Notes: generated from the letters alone by a model not told the origin. A DNA stretch of 64,000 bases from Elusimicrobiota bacterium (GCA_003140895.1 PLLH01000118.1:11494-75493); one strand, 5' to 3'. Counted from the stretch's first letter, positions 27,567 to 37,571 are shown. Program-made: numbers and translations.

Positions 27567-27683
27567 GTTGATTGTGTTCGGAGAACTCCTTTGTTGTGCT
27601 GCCCAAAACGATATTCTTCAGGCGGGAGAGAAGCCTAGCAAACGCTCTTTAGGGCGTCAATTGGGTCTCGTTTTTCAGAGGAG

Positions 27684-30506
27684 GTGTCGAAGGCGGCCGC
27701 GATCAAGGACGAAAACAAAATGGTGTTTCTCGTCGTGAATTTTGTTATAGTTCTTTCTATGGGGAGGAAATCCTATCTATCAAGCGGGTGTATCTCTGTT
27801 CTTTTGCCGCTTCTCTTTATCCTGCCTTCTTTCTCCCTCGTCAAGGTTGAACCCGAATTAACGTCCGAAACGATTGAGTCTCTTCAGAACCTCCCTCACG
27901 GTATCGGCAACCAGTCTTCCCTATTAATAAGGACCAAACATGTGGATTCTGTTGGTTTTTCAGGGGGAGGGGCCTTTAGCCAATACGGTTACACGCATGT
28001 TGAAGGGGTGGCTCAGACCGGGTTATGGCTTCGCCTCATCAACAAAGGGTCGTCTTGGTCCAGTGGAAGCATCAGTTTCCGGAAGGCCTTTGATCTTTCC
28101 AGGTACAATTCCGCGGTGATTTGGGCCCGGTCCCTCCAGCCAGGGCAAAAAATCATGTTGATTCTTCAGGATTCCAACTGGGTTCAAGGCGATACGCCTC
28201 AAGCGATCTCAGCCCCCTTCCCATCTCAAGGTTTTCCCAAAAATCAAATCGTCCAATTGGTTATTCCCTTTAGCTCGATTAAGGCCAATAAAGGCATCGA
28301 TTATTCTTCCATTCAACGGGTGGGGTTTGAGTTCGGTCACAAGACGGCGGGGAACGCGTTGACGAATGAAATTGAAATTATTGGTGTGTCCTTTGTCTCT
28401 CAGACGGAAGAGTTAAGCGGGCCCGTGTTGGTAGGATTGAAAGGAACGGATTCTCAGAAAACGGTTCAAGCGGACGCGCCGCCTCCGGTGGTGGCGGCGC
28501 GAAAGGCGCCGGAAGCAAAACCTGTCATTAAGAAGGCGGAAGAGAACGTTAAAGTCATTCAGCTGGCAGCTCAAAAAAAAGAGCCGTCCGCGCCTCTTCC
28601 CCCCCCCGCTCACGAGAAGAACGTGGTTCGGACCATTCAGGCCCCGCTCCTTCAGAAACCCGTCGCGGCCAAAGCGCCGGTGGTTCAACAGACCGGGACA
28701 GTCAGCGGGATTAAACCGGTTGTGGCTCCTGCCGCCCCGGCGATTGCCGCCCCGGCGGGGGCCGCCCCGGCCATGAACGTCCTCCCGAAAAGCTTAAGGG
28801 TTGATGCTTTCACACCGGTTTTATTAGGCCTTAAAGACGATGTTGAAAAAATCCGGACCGCGGTTTCGTCCGCTGTGATGCAAATGGTCAACCGCATTCA
28901 TTGGCGGTTGGTGGGGATCGTTGCGGCCCTTCTCGCGGCGTTGTTAGGTCTTGTTTTCCTGGCGAGATTCCTTAAAACCTCTTTCTCTTCAGAGTGGACC
29001 TTGGAAAAAGTGATTCATGAAATTCGCTGGCCGCACACGTTGGACGGCGAGTCAAGCCACGCCCGGGAACAGAAAAAGTTTTGGAGGGAGTTGAGCCTGA
29101 TGGGCGTGAAACAAGGGTGGCTTTCCCCGTTCCAAGCGTCGTTTGATAAGCCCAGCTCCACCGCGGAGCCCTCCTCCGGATCCTTATCAACCGGTTCCGC
29201 CGAGCCGTCCCAAAAAGAATCATCGCTTGAGGAGTATCGAGGCGAGATGTTCCTTTATCGCCAACGTGGTTTTGCCGAGCAGGCTGGCGTTGAAATGATT
29301 CCGAGCTTCTGCTTTGTTCGAACGCTGTTTCATTACGAAACGTTTTTGGCGAACCCCAAACTTTACCTGATTAAACACGTGCCGGTGTCCGATCGGCATT
29401 TTAGCGACGAAGAGTTGCGAATCAAAAACATCGGATTTTTCCCCGTGTGGATCCCCCCCTTCTGGCAGAAGCAACATGAGCTGCCGGAGCGAGTCCTGGT
29501 TCCGTATGGAAAGCTCCCGGGCGTCATGGTGTCGAACGACAGCATTCAATTTAACTTGGCCACGCCGGAGCTGCGGACGTTCGCTATTTCTGTTTTGGAA
29601 CGATGCGCCGCCCGGGCTGACGCGGTCCGCATTGAAGGAGCGGCGGCGATGCTCAATTCCTTTATCCGCCGTTACTGGCGCGGGTCGATTCCGAGTATCC
29701 GCGCCGTTCAACGGACCGAGTTTTGGACGGACGTCATCGGCGCCGTGAAGGAAAAATTCCCCAAATTCGTGATGATCGCCGACGGGGCCGGTTCTGAAGG
29801 GCAAAAGCTTCTTGAACTGGGATTTGACCGGTTTGAGAACAATCACCTTCGGGATATCATCGTGAATCAGATCCGCCTGGAGTCCGTCGGTAATTTGGTC
29901 AACGCCCTGCAGGGAGAGGCGGTCCCCTTCCTGGATAAATCCATTTATAATTTGACGCCGCTCACATCCTCGGAACAATTCGTCGTCGAGATGTCCCGTA
30001 AACAAAATCTTCTTTGCTGTTACGTGTTGGCGCTCCTTCCCGGGAATATTTCAATCGACAACCGGATTCCTCATGACCTCGATGAGTTTTTGAAGATTGT
30101 CTCAAAATTGCCTGTCATCAAGCGGGGCCGTTTTTCACTCCTGCAAACATCCTCAACGTCTGTGATGGGGATCGCTCGGTGGGACCAACAGGTCCTCTCC
30201 GTTGCCGTCGTGAATTTCTCGATGACGCAGCAAGATCTCTCGGTTCGTTTTGACCCGGTCCAGAGCGGGTTTAGCGATAAAAAATTATATTTGTTCAGCG
30301 ATATGCTTCATGGCACTCCTTTTCGCCGGAACCTCCCCGCGAGTTCCTCCGACAAGCCGGCCATCACCGTTTTGGGGGAGGACTTGCGCGAATCAGGACT
30401 CACCTTGACCTTGCCCCCCCTCGGTATCAAAATGGTCTCCGTCCCTATGTCCAGTCCCATTCACGATGAACCTTCTTCAGAACTACGCCAAGTTCATAAA
30501 GCTTGA
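27684..30506 (+). CDS. Large membrane-anchored protein. In order: signal/TM; CBM-like beta-sandwich domain; Pro/Ala/Lys-rich linker; TM helix; divergent alpha-amylase-family-like (TIM-barrel) C-terminal domain.
   Basis: 940 aa. An alternative start is at MGRKSYLSS (27759). The linker is PPPVVAARKAPEAKP...VAPAAPAIAAPAGAAPA. TM helix WRLVGIVAALLAALLGLVFLARFL. C-domain motifs ADAVRIEGAAAM (resembles GH13 region II) and FENNHLRD (resembles region IV). The 3' end overlaps the mqnP-like gene by 41 nt. Confidence 0.55.
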   Translation: MSKAAAIKDENKMVFLVVNFVIVLSMGRKSYLSSGCISVLLPLLFILPSFSLVKVEPELTSETIESLQNLPHGIGNQSSLLIRTKHVDSVGFSGGGAFSQYGYTHVEGVAQTGLWLRLINKGSSWSSGSISFRKAFDLSRYNSAVIWARSLQPGQKIMLILQDSNWVQGDTPQAISAPFPSQGFPKNQIVQLVIPFSSIKANKGIDYSSIQRVGFEFGHKTAGNALTNEIEIIGVSFVSQTEELSGPVLVGLKGTDSQKTVQADAPPPVVAARKAPEAKPVIKKAEENVKVIQLAAQKKEPSAPLPPPAHEKNVVRTIQAPLLQKPVAAKAPVVQQTGTVSGIKPVVAPAAPAIAAPAGAAPAMNVLPKSLRVDAFTPVLLGLKDDVEKIRTAVSSAVMQMVNRIHWRLVGIVAALLAALLGLVFLARFLKTSFSSEWTLEKVIHEIRWPHTLDGESSHAREQKKFWRELSLMGVKQGWLSPFQASFDKPSSTAEPSSGSLSTGSAEPSQKESSLEEYRGEMFLYRQRGFAEQAGVEMIPSFCFVRTLFHYETFLANPKLYLIKHVPVSDRHFSDEELRIKNIGFFPVWIPPFWQKQHELPERVLVPYGKLPGVMVSNDSIQFNLATPELRTFAISVLERCAARADAVRIEGAAAMLNSFIRRYWRGSIPSIRAVQRTEFWTDVIGAVKEKFPKFVMIADGAGSEGQKLLELGFDRFENNHLRDIIVNQIRLESVGNLVNALQGEAVPFLDKSIYNLTPLTSSEQFVVEMSRKQNLLCCYVLALLPGNISIDNRIPHDLDEFLKIVSKLPVIKRGRFSLLQTSSTSVMGIARWDQQVLSVAVVNFSMTQQDLSVRFDPVQSGFSDKKLYLFSDMLHGTPFRRNLPASSSDKPAITVLGEDLRESGLTLTLPPLGIKMVSVPMSSPIHDEPSSELRQVHKA

Positions 30507-31308
30507 ACACACGCTGTTTTCGATTCCGCTGATCCTCTCTGGGGCTCTTTTAGCGGAGCGAGGGTGGCCTTCTCCGATGTCTCTCCTGTTGATTTTCCTC
30601 GCGGCGGGCGGAGCGCGGACGTTCGCTTTGTGCCTGAACCGGATTATCGACCGGAACATCGATCGACAGAATCCACGAACGAAAGACCGCCCGTTGGCCA
30701 ACGGGTCCATGTCGCTCCTTGAAGCGTGGCTCTTGGCCGCTGTTTCCATCATTATCTATTTGGCGGCGGCGAAATCATTGTCGGGATTTTGCTTAAAATA
30801 TTCATGGATTCCGCTTGTGGCGTTTACGATTTATCCCTATTTCAAACGGTTCACCAAGTGGAGCCATATCGGCCTTGGATTGGTTTGGTCTTTAATTCCG
30901 CTGTCGGGATTTTTTGCGGTTAAGCCGGCGTTTGATGGATTGGGCGCGGTTTTGATGCTGGCGCTCTTTAGCCTCTTTTGGCTGGCGGGATTCGATATTA
31001 TCTATTCCACGTTGGATGAGGATTTTGATCGGGAAGCCGGGCTCCATTCTCTCCCCTGCGCGTGGGGAAGCGAGCGGGCGCTTAAATTGTCGGGCACGTT
31101 TCATCTCATTTCGTTTATGGTTTTGGTGGTGCTTTATGGCGTGTGGTTGGGGGGTCCCGTGACGGTGATGTTCTTAGGTATCATCGGTATTCTTCTTTAT
31201 CTTGAACAGCAATTCGCCAATTACGTCGATTTGTCCTTCTTTAAAATGAACGTGGCCATCGGCTTCGCCGTTTTCTTTTTTATCTGGTCGGGGCTTAAAG
31301 GGGTATGA
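30466..31308 (+). CDS. UbiA-family prenyltransferase (MqnP-like 1,4-dihydroxy-6-naphthoate prenyltransferase).
   Basis: 280 aa polytopic protein with NRIIDRNIDRQNPRTKDRPL (first Asp-rich motif) and a DxxxD-like second motif. Confidence 0.8.
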   Translation: MNLLQNYAKFIKLEHTLFSIPLILSGALLAERGWPSPMSLLLIFLAAGGARTFALCLNRIIDRNIDRQNPRTKDRPLANGSMSLLEAWLLAAVSIIIYLAAAKSLSGFCLKYSWIPLVAFTIYPYFKRFTKWSHIGLGLVWSLIPLSGFFAVKPAFDGLGAVLMLALFSLFWLAGFDIIYSTLDEDFDREAGLHSLPCAWGSERALKLSGTFHLISFMVLVVLYGVWLGGPVTVMFLGIIGILLYLEQQFANYVDLSFFKMNVAIGFAVFFFIWSGLKGV

Positions 31309-31309
31309 C

Positions 31310-31858
31310 ATGAGAACAGTGGTTGGGTTAACGGGAGCCTCGGGCGCGGCGGTGGCCGTCGATTTTTTGAAACGTTGCCCCGGCGAGAAGTATCTGATTT
31401 TGTCCCGCTGGGGGAAGTCCGTTCTCTTTCAGGAAACAGGGCTCACGCCGGAAAATCTGGCTCCTTATGTGGATCACATTTTTTCGAATGACGATATGAA
31501 CGCGCCTTTCGCGTCCGGTTCCGTTTCATTCGATCAATATGTGATTCTCCCGTGTTCGCTCACAACTCTCGCTCGGTTGGCGGGCGGCATTGGAGAGAAT
31601 TTGATTTCCCGCGTCGGAGAGGTGGCTCTTAAAGAGAACCGCCGAATGCTCTTGGGCCTTCGGGAATCCCCTCTCTCCGCGATCGCTCTTGAAAACGCTC
31701 TCAAGTTGTCCCGCCTCGGCGTCACGATCATGCCGTTGTCGCCCGCTTTTTACTTGCAACCCAAATCCGTCGATCAAATGGTGTCTGATTTTGTAGATCA
31801 TATTTTTTCCGCGCTTCATCTGCCGTCGAAACAAGGGTGGCGAGAAGAATTGATTTAA
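31310..31858 (+). CDS. UbiX-family flavin prenyltransferase (MqnL-like).
   Basis: MRTVVGLTGASGAAVAVDFLK is the typical UbiX/Pad1 N-terminus. 182 aa. Confidence 0.85.
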   Translation: MRTVVGLTGASGAAVAVDFLKRCPGEKYLILSRWGKSVLFQETGLTPENLAPYVDHIFSNDDMNAPFASGSVSFDQYVILPCSLTTLARLAGGIGENLISRVGEVALKENRRMLLGLRESPLSAIALENALKLSRLGVTIMPLSPAFYLQPKSVDQMVSDFVDHIFSALHLPSKQGWREELI

Positions 31859-33633
31859 GAAGGATCGCCATGTCATTTTCCCATCTGCGCTCGTTTGTCG
31901 ATTTTCTTGAAGGAAAAGGAGACCTTTGCCGCGTTAAGGCGGAGGTGGATTCTGAATTGGAAGTCACGGAAATAGCCACCCGGGTTTTTCGAGAAAAAGG
32001 ACCGGCGCTCCTCTTTGAAAACGTCAAAGGATCGGCCTTCCCTCTTTTGATCAATGTTCTCGGAACGCCCAGCCGCATTGAGGCGGCGTTGGGGCGAGCT
32101 CCGGCGGAGGTGGGAGAGGCGCTCACGAAAGCCGCTGAGAGTTTTCTGCCTCCCACGCCTCGGAAAATTTGGGACGAGCGTTTCACTCTGTCTCGTTTTC
32201 TCTCCATGCGCCTTAAACCCAAACGAGCGGCCCCTGTTATGGCCCACCGGATTTCTCCGGCCGATTTAAGCCGCCTTCCTATTCTCAAATGCTGGCCCTT
32301 CGATGCAGGCCGGTTTATCACGTTTCCTCTGGTCGTCACAAAAAGTCCGGTCGACGGGCGCCAGAACCTGGGCGTGTATCGAATGCAGGCGTTCAACGCG
32401 CGGGAAACAGGCATGCATTGGCAGATTTCTCGCGGGGGCGGCGCTCATTATCAAGAAGCGGAACGCCGGAATGAACCGCTTCCCTTGGCAGCGGTTGTGG
32501 GAGCGGATCCGATTCTCCTCCTGGCGGGGGTGCTTCCTTTGCCGGAAGGCCTGGATGAGATGGCCTTCGCCGGATTTCTTCGAGGTCGCCAGACGGAAAC
32601 CGTTTCCTGCTGCGGCGGTCGCCTGGCGGTTCCGGCCGAAGCCGAGTTTTTGTTAGAGGGAGTTGTTCCCCCGAATGAACGCCGGACCGAAGGGCCGTTC
32701 GGCGATCACTTCGGACATTACTCGCAGGAGGCGCTGTTTCCCGTGTTTCACATCGAGCGGATTTATCACCGGGACAATCCCATATTCCCTGTCGCCGTGG
32801 TCGGCAAGCCGCCGCAGGAAGATCAGGTGATCGGAGACGCCATTCAAGAGATGTTGGTTCCCTTATTAAAACTCATGCACCCGGAGTTGGTGGATTTGTG
32901 GGCGTATCAGGAAGCGGGGTTCCATAATCTTCTGGTCGCCAGCGTGAACGAGCGGTTTGAAAAGGAAGCGCTTAAAACCGCCCTTTGGATTTTGGGAGAG
33001 GGTCAGCTGGCGATGACCAAATGCGTGGTGTTGGTGGGGCCCAAGGTCAATGTCCGCCGGTTTGACGAGGTGCTGCGGGCCCTTCGGGATCATTTTGATC
33101 CCAGCGAGGATTTCATCCTTCTTCCCGGGACGTCTCAGGACACCTTGGATTTCACGAGTTTCAAGATGAATCTCGGAAGTAAAATGATTTTGGACGCCAC
33201 GGTGCGCTCGCCAAAGCCCGCGCCGCGCCGGGAGGTTGATATCGACAAAATAAAACGGCTCGATTCCCGGATTTTGGGCGCTCGTTTGGTGGAAAACTCT
33301 CTTTTGGCCCTTCAGGTCAAGTCGGACGGCCGCTCTGTTTTAGAAGGCGTGTTGGCTTCCTCGCTCCTGGGGCCGGTGCCGATCGTGGCGGCGGTGAGCG
33401 CCGACATCCCCTTGAACGACCCCGTCCTTCTTATTTGGGGCCTTTTTACGCGATTTGACTGTGAACGAGACACGTTTTTTTCTCAGGCTTCTCTTCAAAA
33501 GGGGCATCCTGTCTATGGCGGGACGTTGGCCATCGATGCCACGTGGAAAGAGGGATATCCCGCGCCTCTGTCTATGTCGGAAGAGGTGGTCAAAAAAGTT
33601 GATCAGAGATGGAAGGAGTATCAAATTAAGTGA
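31837..33633 (+). CDS. UbiD-family (prFMN-dependent) decarboxylase (MqnM-like).
   Basis: 598 aa with the UbiD-like core (VVTKSPVDGRQNLGVYRMQ ... EGPFGDHFGHY). Overlaps the UbiX-like gene by 22 nt. Confidence 0.85.
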   Translation: MARRIDLRRIAMSFSHLRSFVDFLEGKGDLCRVKAEVDSELEVTEIATRVFREKGPALLFENVKGSAFPLLINVLGTPSRIEAALGRAPAEVGEALTKAAESFLPPTPRKIWDERFTLSRFLSMRLKPKRAAPVMAHRISPADLSRLPILKCWPFDAGRFITFPLVVTKSPVDGRQNLGVYRMQAFNARETGMHWQISRGGGAHYQEAERRNEPLPLAAVVGADPILLLAGVLPLPEGLDEMAFAGFLRGRQTETVSCCGGRLAVPAEAEFLLEGVVPPNERRTEGPFGDHFGHYSQEALFPVFHIERIYHRDNPIFPVAVVGKPPQEDQVIGDAIQEMLVPLLKLMHPELVDLWAYQEAGFHNLLVASVNERFEKEALKTALWILGEGQLAMTKCVVLVGPKVNVRRFDEVLRALRDHFDPSEDFILLPGTSQDTLDFTSFKMNLGSKMILDATVRSPKPAPRREVDIDKIKRLDSRILGARLVENSLLALQVKSDGRSVLEGVLASSLLGPVPIVAAVSADIPLNDPVLLIWGLFTRFDCERDTFFSQASLQKGHPVYGGTLAIDATWKEGYPAPLSMSEEVVKKVDQRWKEYQIK

Positions 33634-33670
33634 TAGTCTATATCCAACGCACTCCTACGGAGGTGCTCCC

Positions 33671-34774
33671 ATTCTGATCAAAGATTCCTCCCTATTCCCC
33701 CTCTGGAAAAAAGTCCAGGACGGCCAGCGCCTCACCTTTGAGGAGGGGCTGGTTCTTTTCTCCACCGATGATATTTTGGGTCTCGGTCACATGGCCAATT
33801 GGGTGAAGGAAAAAAAGACCGGAAACCACGGCTTCTTTGTCGTCAACCGCCAGATCAATCCGACCAATATCTGCGTTTTATCCTGCCGTTTTTGCGATTT
33901 CGCCAAGAAAAAGACCGATCCGGCCGCCACCGTTATGAGTGACGACGCCATTGTGGCCGCGTGCAGCCCCGAATTGACGGAAGTCCATATCGTGAGCGGT
34001 CTCTATAGCGGATGGCGGTTTGACCAGTATCTGAACGTCATTCACCTTATTAAAGCCAACTATCCCCATATTCAGGTCAAAGCGTACACGGCGGTGGAGA
34101 TTGAGTTTTTTGCCCGCATCGAAAAGATTTCCATCAAAGAGGTGTTGGAAAAAATGAAAGCGGCCGGAGTCGTGTGTATTCCGGGAGGTGGGGCGGAGGT
34201 GTTTAGCGAACGGGTTCGGAAAGCCTTGTTTCCCTTTAAGATTGGAGCCCGAACCTGGCTTGACGTGCATCGGACCGCTCACTCCATCGGCCTTAAATCG
34301 AACGCCACGCTGCTTTACGGGCATATGGAGACCGTTGAGGAGCGGGTGACTCATATGTTGAAACTCCGAGAACTGCAGGATGAGACGCACGGGTTTCTCT
34401 CATTTATTCCGTTGGCGTATCAACCGGGCACCACGAAGGTGGTGGAACGGCCGGCGTCGGCGCTGGACGATTTGAAAACAACGGCGGTCTCACGGCTCCT
34501 CTTGGATAATTTTGTTCACATCAAAGCGTATTGGGTGACGATGGGCGAGCAGATGGCCTCCGTCGCCCTTCATTTCGGCGCCGATGACATCGACGGGACG
34601 ATTGGCGAGGAAAAAATCATGCATGCGGCCCGGGCGTCGTCCCCGGTCGCGATGGCGCGCGAGAGGATGGTGAGTCTCATTCGGGAAGCCGGGCGCCACC
34701 CCATTGAGAGGGACGCCCTCTACAACGTTGTGGCCTCTTATGACGAAGCGGACCGCGTCGCGGTGATTCCATGA
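33671..34774 (+). CDS. Radical SAM menaquinone (futalosine pathway) enzyme, MqnC/MqnE family.
   Basis: NICVLSCRFCDF CxxxCxxC cluster motif and GGGAE region. The start is uncertain: no canonical start lies between the UbiD stop and the first in-frame ATG at 33791. The ORF track extends the frame back to 33455, inside the upstream gene. Confidence 0.75.
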   Translation: MLIKDSSLFPLWKKVQDGQRLTFEEGLVLFSTDDILGLGHMANWVKEKKTGNHGFFVVNRQINPTNICVLSCRFCDFAKKKTDPAATVMSDDAIVAACSPELTEVHIVSGLYSGWRFDQYLNVIHLIKANYPHIQVKAYTAVEIEFFARIEKISIKEVLEKMKAAGVVCIPGGGAEVFSERVRKALFPFKIGARTWLDVHRTAHSIGLKSNATLLYGHMETVEERVTHMLKLRELQDETHGFLSFIPLAYQPGTTKVVERPASALDDLKTTAVSRLLLDNFVHIKAYWVTMGEQMASVALHFGADDIDGTIGEEKIMHAARASSPVAMARERMVSLIREAGRHPIERDALYNVVASYDEADRVAVIP

Positions 34775-35559
34775 CGATTCCGATGAACGTGGGACGCATT
34801 ATCTACACGAATACAGAGCCTTTTTTCGCGAAGTGGCCCTATCATCTTTTTCCCGTCATGTCGGGGTTCCCCAGGCAGCTGGCTCAGGCCGCCAGAGACG
34901 GAGAGATTGTGGCGGGGGCGCTCCCCATCGTCGAATGTTGGAATTTAGAGAGAGAGTTTGATCCTCTTGGATCCTTTGGAATCGCCGCCAAAGGAGCCTG
35001 CCAGAGCGTTTTGCTCCTTTCAAAGCGGCCGATGTCGGATTTAAGACGCGTGACGGTGGGGTTAACGCGTGAGTCCTCCACATCCGTGATGCTGCTCGAT
35101 GTCTTAATGAAATACCGATACCAACAGATCGATATCACCTACAAGCGCGGTCTTCAGCCGAATGATGACGCCTGGCTCATGATCGGCGACCAAGCCCTCC
35201 GGGTCTGGGACAAGGGCGGACTCCCTCAGTGGCCGTATGTGACGGATCTGGCGGTGGAGTGGTGGAAATGGCAGCAGCTCCCCTTCGTTTTTGCCCTGTG
35301 GGTGTGCCTGCGCCGGATAGAATTCCAAATGAAAGAGAGGCTTCATCAAACATTGGCCAGTTCGTTGGAAGCGGGTCTGGCCTCTTTGCCGGAGATTGCC
35401 GCCCGGCAATGGCCCACTCTCCTGATTCCTTCCGAAAAAATCGTGCGCTACCTCCAAGGGTTTACTTACATGTTGGGAGAAGAGGAAATGGAATCCGCGC
35501 GGATATTTCGGCAGTTGGCTCACGGGCGGGTGAGTGAGCTGGCGTCGTCTCCGGTTTAA
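34771..35559 (+). CDS. mqnA: Chorismate dehydratase MqnA-like (MqnA/MqnD family).
   Basis: VGRIIYTNTEPFF matches the MqnA GRIxYLNxxP-type N-terminal motif. 262 aa. Coupled to the flanking rSAM genes. Confidence 0.7.
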   Translation: MTIPMNVGRIIYTNTEPFFAKWPYHLFPVMSGFPRQLAQAARDGEIVAGALPIVECWNLEREFDPLGSFGIAAKGACQSVLLLSKRPMSDLRRVTVGLTRESSTSVMLLDVLMKYRYQQIDITYKRGLQPNDDAWLMIGDQALRVWDKGGLPQWPYVTDLAVEWWKWQQLPFVFALWVCLRRIEFQMKERLHQTLASSLEAGLASLPEIAARQWPTLLIPSEKIVRYLQGFTYMLGEEEMESARIFRQLAHGRVSELASSPV

Positions 35560-35561
35560 TT

Positions 35562-36764
35562 ATGGGATCTCCTCTTTCCAATATCATCGAGAAGAAGATC
35601 CTGCGCCAGGAGCGCCTCTCTGTGGAGGAAGGCCTTTTCCTTCTTGACGACGCGCCCCTCCTGTGGCTGGGTCGTTTGGCATCGGAGGAACGGTTTCGGC
35701 GTTTCCCTCAAAAAGAAGTGACCTTTGTTTTGGATACCAATCCGAATTACACCAATGTGTGCGAAACGGCCTGCCAGTTTTGCGCTTTTTACCGCCATTC
35801 GGAAGACCCGGACGCGTACACGCTGAGCGTCGACGAGGTGATGGAAAAAATTGACAAGGCTGTTCAAAACGGCGTCACGACGGTCCTTCTTCAAGGAGGG
35901 CACAACGACGCCTTGCCGTTGGATTATTATCTCTCCTTGGTGCGTGAAACGAAGAAACGCTTTCCCACGGTCACGCCTCATTTCTTTTCCGCGTCTGAAA
36001 TTCAAATGATGTCGCGCGTGTCCGGATTGTCTGTCATCGATGTTCTTCGAAAACTTAAAGAAGCGGGGCAGACGTCCCTCCCCGGGGGCGGGGCTGAAAT
36101 CTTATCCGACCGCGTCAGAGACAAAATCTCCCCCCAAAAAGGCGGCCCCTCGGAGTGGTTGTCTGTTCACAGCGCGGCGCATGAACTGGGTTTCCTGTCG
36201 ACGGCCACGATGATGTACGGCCACGTGGAAGAATCGGAAGATGTGGCGGAGCATTGGGAAGCGGTTCGCCAATTGCAGGATGAGTCGAAAGCAAAAAAAA
36301 TGGGCGGTCACTTCACCGCGTTTGTTCCGTGGAGCTTTAAACCGGAAAACACGGCCCTCGAGCGGCGTTTCCCCCGCCGGGCCGGGACGATCCCTTATTT
36401 AAGAATGATCGCGGCCTCCCGCCTCTATTTGGACAATATCGACCATATTCAGGCGTCCTGGTTTTCAGAAGGCAAGAAAGTGGGGCAGACGGCGCTTCAA
36501 TTCGGGGCGGACGATTTTGGCGGGACTCTCTTTGAAGAGAACGTGCATGCCGAGGCGGGGTTCGTCAATACAACCACTCCCTCCGAAGTGATCACTCTTA
36601 TTCATGAAGCCGGATTTGACGCGGTACAGCGAACCACGGACTATCAGAGGATTAAAACAAACCAGCGCTCGGATTCCGGAAGTTCCATTGGGCCTTTGAC
36701 GGGCGCCGGCGACATGCCCATTCGGAAAAACACGGCCACCCCCATCGATTTCGTGTCGATGTAA
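35562..36764 (+). CDS. Radical SAM menaquinone (futalosine pathway) enzyme, MqnC/MqnE family, with a C-terminal extension.
   Basis: CETACQFCAF cluster motif. 400 aa. Paralogous to 33671..34774. Confidence 0.8.
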   Translation: MGSPLSNIIEKKILRQERLSVEEGLFLLDDAPLLWLGRLASEERFRRFPQKEVTFVLDTNPNYTNVCETACQFCAFYRHSEDPDAYTLSVDEVMEKIDKAVQNGVTTVLLQGGHNDALPLDYYLSLVRETKKRFPTVTPHFFSASEIQMMSRVSGLSVIDVLRKLKEAGQTSLPGGGAEILSDRVRDKISPQKGGPSEWLSVHSAAHELGFLSTATMMYGHVEESEDVAEHWEAVRQLQDESKAKKMGGHFTAFVPWSFKPENTALERRFPRRAGTIPYLRMIAASRLYLDNIDHIQASWFSEGKKVGQTALQFGADDFGGTLFEENVHAEAGFVNTTTPSEVITLIHEAGFDAVQRTTDYQRIKTNQRSDSGSSIGPLTGAGDMPIRKNTATPIDFVSM

Positions 36765-36776
36765 AAGAGAGGATTT

Positions 36777-37571
36777 TTACCTCTCTTTTTTCGCTTTGGT
36801 TTTATGCAGCCGTTTGAGCGCCTTCATTTTTTTGACATCCACCAAAATTGAATCATAAAGAATTTCTTTTTCCGGTGATTTTTCATAAATGTTGACTTGA
36901 AAACGGTTTTTGGGAGAGCGTGTTTCAGGGACATTCACCCGGACGCCCAGGGCCCCCCCCCGTTTTTTGACCTCCGACGTGAATTGCTGGATATCAGGCA
37001 GTTCGCTGACGATCTGAATGGCTTTGTCGATATCTTCCGGCGGGATGGGTCTGGCAAGGCCGATGGATTTCTTGATGCGTTTTATTTTGATCGTCCAGGG
37101 ACGAAGGTCAAATCGACGTGTGCCTTTATTCCAGTAGAAATCCTGACCCTCGCCGCAGTTCGCGCAGAATGAAATAGAAAATGCTTGGTCTCCCGGGTCG
37201 CCTTGTCCCGTTGTACCGGGGGCATGAATGTAAACCGGTTCTTTGACTTCAATGAAATAGAGCTTTTGATAGCGGTGCGGATCTTTTAACTCGGTCGCAA
37301 CCAACAGAAAATAGCGCGGTCCCCCGTCGGGAAGGTCGTAGAGGCCCGATATGGCGATATCATCTTGACCGTCTTTGTTGAAATCTCCCTGAGGCGCGAA
37401 TAACGGTTGTGGATCCTCGGGCCGAAGCGATGGAATGTCGTCCGAGTTGAGAACGCGCGGCAATTTTTCATGATCGAGAAGAAGATCCAACACGTTGTTG
37501 GGTTCGATTCCATAGAGGATCGGAGGGAACAAGACCAGGCAGAGCGACAAGAGGAAACCGTTCAATTTCAT
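36777..37571 (-). CDS. Secreted hypothetical protein.
   Basis: 264 aa with signal peptide MKLNGFLLSLCLVLFPPILYG and no recognisable catalytic motif. Confidence 0.5.
   Translation of the reverse strand: MKLNGFLLSLCLVLFPPILYGIEPNNVLDLLLDHEKLPRVLNSDDIPSLRPEDPQPLFAPQGDFNKDGQDDIAISGLYDLPDGGPRYFLLVATELKDPHRYQKLYFIEVKEPVYIHAPGTTGQGDPGDQAFSISFCANCGEGQDFYWNKGTRRFDLRPWTIKIKRIKKSIGLARPIPPEDIDKAIQIVSELPDIQQFTSEVKKRGGALGVRVNVPETRSPKNRFQVNIYEKSPEKEILYDSILVDVKKMKALKRLHKTKAKKER

Noticed and set aside
29220-30005. 261-aa minus-strand ORF
   Set aside because: Antisense within the 940-aa plus-strand gene. The coding signal clearly follows the plus frame, which continues into the mqn operon.
33455-33670. N-terminal extension of the radical-SAM ORF back to 33455
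   Set aside because: It overlaps the 3' end of the UbiD-like gene in another frame and lacks an RBS. The true start must be downstream of the UbiD stop at 33633, although no canonical start codon is obvious before 33791.
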